NCBI GenBank assembly: GCA_963825585.1
Contig: CAWGTX010000008.1
Location: 107,908-171,907, forward strand
Length of the DNA stretch: 64,000 nt
Source: an uncultured bacterium
Lineage (GTDB): Bacteria > Actinomycetota > Acidimicrobiia > Spongiisociales > ZC4RG35
Direction: 5' to 3'
In this document: one piece after another, positions 58,104 to 64,000 of the stretch
Layout of the letters: each line of letters starts with the position of its first letter
Numbering within the stretch: the first letter of the stretch is position 1
Program-made: the position numbers and the translations under genes
Notes under the pieces: model-generated
What the model was told of the DNA's origin: nothing
Databases searched by the model: none
What the model saw: the letters and a program-made list of their open reading frames with translations, nothing else

Positions 58104-58532
58104 TCAGATCTTCGGCTCACCCATCATCTCGGCCGGTTGCACGATCCGGAGGTGATTGCCGAACGGGTCGCGGATACCAATGTCCGTTCCGTAGAAGTAG
58201 GTGGTCGGCTCCTGGGTGATCTCGACTCCCGCAGCCTCCAGCCGCTCGAAGTCGCCCTGGCAGTCGTCGGTGTGGAAACCGATCCAGCCGCCACCGACAC
58301 CTTTCGTCACACTGTCCCGGACCTGTTCTGCGGTCGCCTCGTCCATGGCGTGTGGTCCAGGGAGTTCCAGCAGGATCTCGCGGGTCTCACCGGGTACGCC
58401 GACGGTGAGCCAGCGCATCATACCGAGGTCGAAATCCGCCCGCTTCTCGAGACCGAGCTTGCCCACATAGAAGGAGAGGGCCTCGTCCTGGTCGAGGACG
58501 TAGATGGAGCTGAGGTTGATGGTGTTGATCAT
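58104..58532 (-). CDS. VOC (glyoxalase/bleomycin-resistance) family protein
   Basis: ORF track, 142 aa. Downstream of, and in the same orientation as, the AraC-type regulator. Confidence 0.8.
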   Translation of the reverse strand: MINTINLSSIYVLDQDEALSFYVGKLGLEKRADFDLGMMRWLTVGVPGETREILLELPGPHAMDEATAEQVRDSVTKGVGGGWIGFHTDDCQGDFERLEAAGVEITQEPTTYFYGTDIGIRDPFGNHLRIVQPAEMMGEPKI

Positions 58533-58547
58533 GTGCCGAATGTACGG

Positions 58548-58964
58548 CTACGCCCGTCGTTTCGCTTCTCCGAAACTGCTCGGCCTGGTCCACGCCATGG
58601 CGAAACACGTGGGGGCGTGGATGCGTTCGGCCGACGCCCGGTACTGCGAGGGTGTCACACCGACGATGTCGCGGAAGGTCCGGCTGTACGTGCCCAGGCT
58701 CCCGAAGCCCACCTCGAAGCAGATCTCGGTGATGCTGCGGTCGGTCTCCCGGAGCATGAACATGGAACGTTCGATCCTCCGCCGCTGCAGGTAGCGGTGC
58801 GGCGTCTCCCCGAACGTTTCCTTGAACCTGCGGATGAAGTGTGCCTCCGACACGTGGGCGATGCCGGCCAGCACCCCGATGTCGAGCGGTTGTGCGTAGC
58901 GACGGTCCATGGCGTCCCGAGCCCGCAACATCCACCGGTTCGATTCCTCGGTCGGCCTGCTCAC
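58548..58964 (-). CDS. AraC family transcriptional regulator (HTH-only, 138 aa)
   Basis: ORF track. IAHVSEAHFIRRFKETFGETPHRYLQRRRIERSMFMLRETDRSITEICFEVGFGSLGTYSRTFRDIVGVTP. Confidence 0.85.
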   Translation of the reverse strand: MSRPTEESNRWMLRARDAMDRRYAQPLDIGVLAGIAHVSEAHFIRRFKETFGETPHRYLQRRRIERSMFMLRETDRSITEICFEVGFGSLGTYSRTFRDIVGVTPSQYRASAERIHAPTCFAMAWTRPSSFGEAKRRA

Positions 58965-59037
58965 GACGCCATCGTACGGGTCCCACCTTGTTCACAGTGA
59001 GGTATGGCGGAAAGGGTGTCGGTGCTCCAGCTCGGGC

Positions 59038-59135
59038 GGGGAGCGAGGAGCGAGCAGCCGGAGCCGGCGAGGGAGAAATTGGCGTTGACGTTGTGCGGTC
59101 ACGGTCTTCCGCGTTCTGGCTCCTCGCTCCTCGCA
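59038..59135. repeat. heptamer-armed hairpin element (CGAGGAG type)
   Basis: ggggagcgaggagcgagcagccggagcc (59038-59065) and ggctcctcgctcctcgc (59119-59135). Confidence 0.75.
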
Positions 59136-59231
59136 CCTGGCACCCTTCTTGTCCCCGGAGACGGACTCCTCTTCGGCTCGTTCCCTATCCGCGCGACCTC
59201 ATAGTGCAGAGTCTGGGCGGAATACGCCCAT

Positions 59232-59248
59232 TCTGCACATTGTGCAGA
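59232..59248. promoter_or_regulatory. perfect 17-nt palindrome TCTGCACA-T-TGTGCAGA upstream of the giant regulator gene
   Basis: Ends 55 nt before ATG 59303. A third TGCAGA half-site lies at 59205-59210. Confidence 0.45.
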
Positions 59249-59302
59249 TCGTTACCCCCGGCCGTTATGTGGCTGTAAGGTCGCCGGGCGACTGTTGGCC
59301 GC

Positions 59303-62300
59303 ATGGGATCAGTAGGAATGCCAGTCATAGAGAACGCAGCGCCCGGAGCGCCGCTCATTCGCGTGTTCGGCGGGATGGGTCTCGAAGCCGGGGATGGCCC
59401 GGTTTCCATCGGTGGCGGCAGGCAACGCCGCCTGCTCGCGTTGCTCGCCATCCGGGCCAACACCGTGGTCGACATCGACTGGCTCGCTGAGTACCTCTGG
59501 ACCGACGCCGACCGACCCGGCTCGACAGCGCCTCCACTCCGCACCTACGTGTCCCGCCTCCGCTCGGCGTTCCCCGAGGAGATCCGCGGCTGGATCCAGA
59601 CCGAGGCTTCGGGCTACCGGCTCGCCGTTCCTGAAGAGGCGGTTGAACACACTCGATTCTCCGTCCTGCGGTCTCGAGCCAGGGCTGCCCGAGAGCACGA
59701 CGATCCCCAGACCGCCCAGAGGCTGCTGGACGAGGCGCTCGCCCTGTGGAGGGGGGAGCCGTTCCGGGAACTCGAGGACCTCGATTGGGCCCGTGCCGAG
59801 GTGGAGCGGCTGGCTCTCGATCGGCTGGAAGCGCTCGAGGAACGATGGGAGGCTTCACTGGCTCTCGGCCGTCACACCCAGATCACCGGTGAGCTGGCGG
59901 CGTTCACATCCGAGCACGGTCTGAGGGAGCGCGCCGCCCGCCAATATGCGCTGGCGCTGCACAGGAGCGGCAGGACCGCCGAGGCGATCCGGGTGATCGA
60001 TGATCATCGCCAGCTGATCGCCGACGTCAGCGGATTGGAACCATCGCAGGCGATCCTCGATCTGGAGGAGGCTCTTCTCACCGGCGATCCGTCGCTGGGC
60101 GTCGAAGACGACGGCACGCCGCTCCGGGGGTATCGCCTCATGGAGCAGATCGGCACTGGCGCGTTCTCGGTGGTGTGGCGCGGCATCCAACCGTCGGTGA
60201 ACCGTGAGGTGGCCGTCAAACAGATCCGCAGCGAGCTTGCCTCCCAGCCGGACTTCATCCGCCGGTTCGAGGCCGAGGCCCACCTGGTCGCCCAGATCGA
60301 GCATCCGCACATCGTGCCGCTCATCGACTACTGGCGTGATCCCGACTCGGCCTATCTGGTGATGCGCTGGCTGCGGGGCGGAACGCTGGAGCGGCGGCTC
60401 GACGACGGGCCGCTCACCCTCGACGAGACATTGGCGATGGCCCGCCAGATCGGTGACGCTTTGTCCATTGCGCACGCTCGGGGGGTGGTCCATCGCGATG
60501 TCAAGGCGGCGAACATCCTGTTCGACGAGCAGGGCAACGCCTTCCTCACCGACTTCGGGATCGCACTCGAGGTCGCCGAGTCCGGCGGCCCCGAAGCGGC
60601 GCTCTCGCCGGGCTCACCGGCCTACGCCTCCCCGGAACAGATCCGGCGTGAACAGCTCGGACCCGAGTCCGACGTCTTCAGTCTCGGCGTCGTCGTCTAC
60701 GAGTGTCTCACCGGGTCGCTCCCGTTCCTCGACAGCTCGTCGGCGGAGGAGTTGATCGACCGTCAGTTGAACGCCCCCTACCCGCCGCTGTCTCAGCTCC
60801 GACCGGATCTGCCTTCGTCGGTCTCGGCTGCGGTCGCCCGAGCAACCGCCAAGGAGCCGGGCGAGCGATTCGCATCGGTCGCGGAGTTCATCGCAGCGTT
60901 GGAGACGTCGGCGCCGGCGGTGGCGGTCGGTCGGGCCACCACCACACGCGTTGACGTGGCCAACCCGTACATGGGTCTGCGTTCCTTCGACGACGGCGAC
61001 GTCGACCGGTTCTTCGGGCGCGAGCGCCTGGTCAGTGAGCTGGTCGGCCGGATGTCGGGCAACACCATCGCCTCGCGTTGCCTGGTGCTGGTCGGCCCGT
61101 CAGGCTCGGGGAAGTCGTCTGTCGTCCGGGCGGGTCTCACCCCTTCGCTCCGTGCCGGGGCGGTACCGGGGTCCGACGAGTGGTTCGTGACGACGATGGT
61201 GCCCGGCACCGACCCCTTCGAGTCGTTGGAGGCGGCGTTGTTGCGGATCGCCGTCAACCCGCCCGAGTCGCTCCTGAACCAGATCCGTGATGGGGAGCGG
61301 GGCCTGTTGCGCGGGCTCCGTCGCTGCGTCGGCTCCGATGAGGACAGAGTGCTGCTGGTCATCGATCAGTTCGAGGAGGTCTTCGCCGGCGCTGCGGCCG
61401 ACTCGGCCGATGCATTTCTCGATGCCCTGAGCGTCGCAGTCGAGGATCCGATCTCGCCGCTCAGGCTGGTGGCAACCCTGCGGGCCGACTACTACGACCG
61501 GCCCCTCGAGCATCCGGCGTTCGCCCCGATCCTCAAAGAATCGGCCGTCGACGTCACCCCATTGGCTCCGGACGAGTTGGAACGGGCGATCGTCGAGCCG
61601 GCACGCCGGGTCGGCGTGGAGTTCGAGTCCGGGCTGGTGCCGCGCATCGCCGCCGAGACCGTCCGCCAGCCCTCGCCGCTCCCGATGCTCCAGTACATGC
61701 TGGGTGAGCTGTTCGACCGGCGCACCGGCAACCGCATGACTGTCGCCGACTATGCGCAGCTCGGTGGCCTGAGTGGAGCGCTGGCGGCCCGCGCCGAAGC
61801 CGTGTTCGCATCCGGAACGGCGCCGCAGAGAGCGGCGACGCGGAGGGTGCTGGGCCGCATGACGGACCCCTCCGCAACCGACCTACGACGGCGGGTGCGG
61901 GTGGCGGATCTCGGAGACGACCCCGACGTCCGATGGGTACTCGCGGTCTTCGGCTCGGCCCGCCTGCTGAGCTTCGACCGCGACCCGGCGTCCCGGGAAC
62001 CAACCGTCGAGGTGGCTCATGAGGCCCTGCTGCGCGAGTGGCCGCGCCTGGTGGGCTGGCTGGCCGAGGACCGAGAGCTCCTGCTGTCCGCCGACGCCAC
62101 GGCGATGGCCGCTGATTCATGGCTCGATGCCGGGCGGCAACGAGCCGACCTGTATCGCGGTGCCCGTCTGGAATGGGCGAACGATCTGGTCTCGACGGCA
62201 CCCGAACGGCTCCGCCCCCTCGATGTCGAGTTCGTCGAGGCGTCGAACGCCGCCGCAGAAGAGGCGCGTCTGCTGGAGGAATCCCAGGTCACGCGGCTTC

Positions 62301-64000
62301 GTCGGCTGGTCGCCGGTGTCGGCGCTGCGCTGGTGGTGGCTCTCGTCGCAGGGGGTATCGCCCTCGTTCAGCAGAACCGGGCCAACGACGAGGCCGAGCG
62401 CGCCGAGGTCGCCGCCGAGGAAGCCAGGACTCAAGCGAGCATCGCCGAGTCCCAGGCTGAGATCGCCGAGGAGCAGACCCAGGTCGCCCTCGAGGCGGTA
62501 GCCGAGTCGGAGCTTCAGACGCTCATCGCCCGCTCCACTGCACTCACCAGGGATGAACCAGACGTTGCACTCCTGCTCGCTCTCGAGGCGGCCCGCCGCC
62601 AGCCTGGCTCGGCCTCCAATCAGGCCGTCCTCAACGCACTCGGCTCCACGACGCAGAACCTGGTCGCCAGCTACCCGCCGCTGGTCGATCTGAGCGATGA
62701 CTGTCCCGACCCGATCTTCACTTCAGGGGCCACCGAGTTCGGTGTAGCCGACGGTCAGATGCTCAGCCGGAATCTGATGACCGGCGAGGTCACCGAGCAT
62801 GGCCCGCCACCGGTCGAATGCGCCGTGTGGTTCGGTAACCCCGATTCCGGTCGATGGTTCGCCTCTGCCGATCCGCCCAACCAACTCTGGTTCGGGCCCA
62901 TCGGGGGCGGCTGGGACGTGGCTCTCGACGTGGAGATTCAACAATATGCCATCTCCGGCGGCGTCACGGCCCTCAACCGCGTCGTCTTTCAGAGCGAACA
63001 GGGTGTGATCACGCTGGTCGATGCGACGAATGGCGAGCAGGTGGGCCCATCCATCGAAGGGCACGATGATTGGTGGTTTCCGGCGGTGTCCGATGGTGGC
63101 CGCTACATCGCTCTCCCGCTCGTCTACTTCGAGTCCGGCAGCTCCGCGGTGTCGGGTGCGCTGCAACCCCAGACCGAAGGCGGGCGGGTCCTGGTGATCG
63201 ACGGGGAAACGGGCGAGGAAGTCTTCCGCGTCGACCGTGATTCGGGAGCAACGGCTGTCGCGTTCGACGACTCCAGCGGGGAGCTGCTTGCGATGTTCTC
63301 CGACGGGTCGCTCGTCACGATCGACATCGACACCCAACAGGTCGTCGCAGACATCCAGACCGGGGTCGCATCGGCGGTTTTCGAGATGGGAGTGAGGCCG
63401 GACGGGAGGGTGATCGTTCTCACCCAGGGCAGTGCCGAACTCGTCGACAGGCGGTTTGGTCTCCTGGATGTGTCCGTGCGAGCCCCGGATGGTATCGCAC
63501 AAGCGGAGATTCTGCCCGACGGGCGGATCGGAGCCTGGACCTTCAAGCCGAGCGTTGACATCTACGACTTCGCTTCGAACAACGCGCTCATCGAGCGGTC
63601 GTGGGACCTCGACGATCCGTTGGGTGAGTATGCCTTCAACGATGGGACCGCCGGTGCCGTGGACAACGCCACCGGCGACGTTCGGGTTGTCGATCTCGCC
63701 AACGGTGAGCAGTCGCCGGTGACGCTGCGAATGCCGTCGGGCGAGCGCTTCGACCCGATCAAGGCATATCCGGAGTCCGACGGCGTTTCCGCCATCAACC
63801 AGGACGGGCTCTACGCCCGGTTCGTCGATGGCGAGATGGTGGAGAGTCTCCAACTCGACGGCCTGCCACGTGGTGGGACACGATTCGGCGACATCTGGTC
63901 GCACATCGTCGAACGCCCGGACGGAACGTTCGGGGTCGACGTCCTCGACCTGACCCCGGGTGCGTCACGAGTCATCCAGACCATCCCCTCGGACGGTGTG
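59303..64000 (+). CDS. multidomain signalling protein: SARP winged-helix plus BTAD / Ser-Thr protein kinase / STAND P-loop NTPase / TM helix / coiled coil / beta-propeller-like region; 3-prime end outside the window
   Basis: Not in the ORF track (no stop in the window). My translation is open from the TAA at 59276 to 64000.
- SARP/BTAD, about 59303-60100: GGGRQRRLLALLAIRANTVVDIDWLAEYLW...LRTYVSRLR; LDEALALWRGEPFRELED.
- Kinase, about 60130-60900: GTGAFSVVWRG, VAVKQI, HRDVKAANILF, DFG, SPE.
- NTPase, about 60960-62130: NPYMGLRSFDDGDVDRFFGRE, GPSGSGKSS, LLVIDQFEE.
- TM helix, about 62305-62370: LVAGVGAALVVALVAGGIALV.

The start is ATG 59303 or ATG 59318. Confidence 0.8.
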   Translation, partial: MGSVGMPVIENAAPGAPLIRVFGGMGLEAGDGPVSIGGGRQRRLLALLAIRANTVVDIDWLAEYLWTDADRPGSTAPPLRTYVSRLRSAFPEEIRGWIQTEASGYRLAVPEEAVEHTRFSVLRSRARAAREHDDPQTAQRLLDEALALWRGEPFRELEDLDWARAEVERLALDRLEALEERWEASLALGRHTQITGELAAFTSEHGLRERAARQYALALHRSGRTAEAIRVIDDHRQLIADVSGLEPSQAILDLEEALLTGDPSLGVEDDGTPLRGYRLMEQIGTGAFSVVWRGIQPSVNREVAVKQIRSELASQPDFIRRFEAEAHLVAQIEHPHIVPLIDYWRDPDSAYLVMRWLRGGTLERRLDDGPLTLDETLAMARQIGDALSIAHARGVVHRDVKAANILFDEQGNAFLTDFGIALEVAESGGPEAALSPGSPAYASPEQIRREQLGPESDVFSLGVVVYECLTGSLPFLDSSSAEELIDRQLNAPYPPLSQLRPDLPSSVSAAVARATAKEPGERFASVAEFIAALETSAPAVAVGRATTTRVDVANPYMGLRSFDDGDVDRFFGRERLVSELVGRMSGNTIASRCLVLVGPSGSGKSSVVRAGLTPSLRAGAVPGSDEWFVTTMVPGTDPFESLEAALLRIAVNPPESLLNQIRDGERGLLRGLRRCVGSDEDRVLLVIDQFEEVFAGAAADSADAFLDALSVAVEDPISPLRLVATLRADYYDRPLEHPAFAPILKESAVDVTPLAPDELERAIVEPARRVGVEFESGLVPRIAAETVRQPSPLPMLQYMLGELFDRRTGNRMTVADYAQLGGLSGALAARAEAVFASGTAPQRAATRRVLGRMTDPSATDLRRRVRVADLGDDPDVRWVLAVFGSARLLSFDRDPASREPTVEVAHEALLREWPRLVGWLAEDRELLLSADATAMAADSWLDAGRQRADLYRGARLEWANDLVSTAPERLRPLDVEFVEASNAAAEEARLLEESQVTRLRRLVAGVGAALVVALVAGGIALVQQNRANDEAERAEVAAEEARTQASIAESQAEIAEEQTQVALEAVAESELQTLIARSTALTRDEPDVALLLALEAARRQPGSASNQAVLNALGSTTQNLVASYPPLVDLSDDCPDPIFTSGATEFGVADGQMLSRNLMTGEVTEHGPPPVECAVWFGNPDSGRWFASADPPNQLWFGPIGGGWDVALDVEIQQYAISGGVTALNRVVFQSEQGVITLVDATNGEQVGPSIEGHDDWWFPAVSDGGRYIALPLVYFESGSSAVSGALQPQTEGGRVLVIDGETGEEVFRVDRDSGATAVAFDDSSGELLAMFSDGSLVTIDIDTQQVVADIQTGVASAVFEMGVRPDGRVIVLTQGSAELVDRRFGLLDVSVRAPDGIAQAEILPDGRIGAWTFKPSVDIYDFASNNALIERSWDLDDPLGEYAFNDGTAGAVDNATGDVRVVDLANGEQSPVTLRMPSGERFDPIKAYPESDGVSAINQDGLYARFVDGEMVESLQLDGLPRGGTRFGDIWSHIVERPDGTFGVDVLDLTPGASRVIQTIPSDGV

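Overview
This is a high-GC segment (about two-thirds G+C by eye, not computed) that looks like an actinobacterial chromosome. It is densely packed with about 60 protein-coding genes, and I recognised no rRNA, tRNA or CRISPR array.

**Coding content.** Most genes are for small-molecule catabolism and redox chemistry:
- SDRs, Gfo/Idh/MocA oxidoreductases and Zn-dependent alcohol dehydrogenases
- two LLM-class F420-type oxidoreductases
- a three-subunit molybdenum hydroxylase
- thiamine-diphosphate (ThDP) enzymes, amidohydrolases and cyclase-family hydrolases
- a family III CoA-transferase, a CitE-like lyase and an ADP-forming acyl-CoA synthetase
- one CUT1-type sugar ABC importer (binding protein plus two permeases, no ATPase gene) and an MFS transporter
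- regulators: GntR, AraC and a GAF sensor histidine kinase

Many neighbouring genes overlap by 4 nt (ATGA or GTGA), which suggests translational coupling.

**Points of interest.**
1. Intergenic repeats are built from purine-rich heptamers fitting CGNNGAR (CGAGGAG, CGAGGGG, CGGTGAA, CGTAGAA, CGCAGAA, CGACGAG). They usually form inverted arms around a 60-115 nt core. One locus has 17 near-perfect tandem copies, and a 680-bp non-coding array lies between two convergent genes.
2. Two tandem copies of a 145-nt element have 25-nt terminal inverted repeats. The substitutions between copies remain pairable on the + strand only.
3. A second GC-rich double-hairpin repeat family includes a 57-nt in-frame insertion inside a formamidase gene.
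4. Reading-frame lesions are concentrated in two blocks (24.4-38 kb and 41-46 kb), while I found none in the flanking gene blocks. This could be real gene decay or local sequence error.
5. A small scar region holds an intact vapBC pair, an orphan Phd/YefM antitoxin, a PIN remnant and an N-terminally truncated IS30 transposase.
6. An ORF of more than 1,560 codons runs off the right edge. It fuses a SARP/BTAD DNA-binding module, a Ser/Thr kinase, a STAND P-loop NTPase, a transmembrane helix and a beta-propeller-like region.
7. Twin 17-nt palindromes bracket a divergent promoter region.

All calls come from reading the translations and the sequence. No database search was possible.
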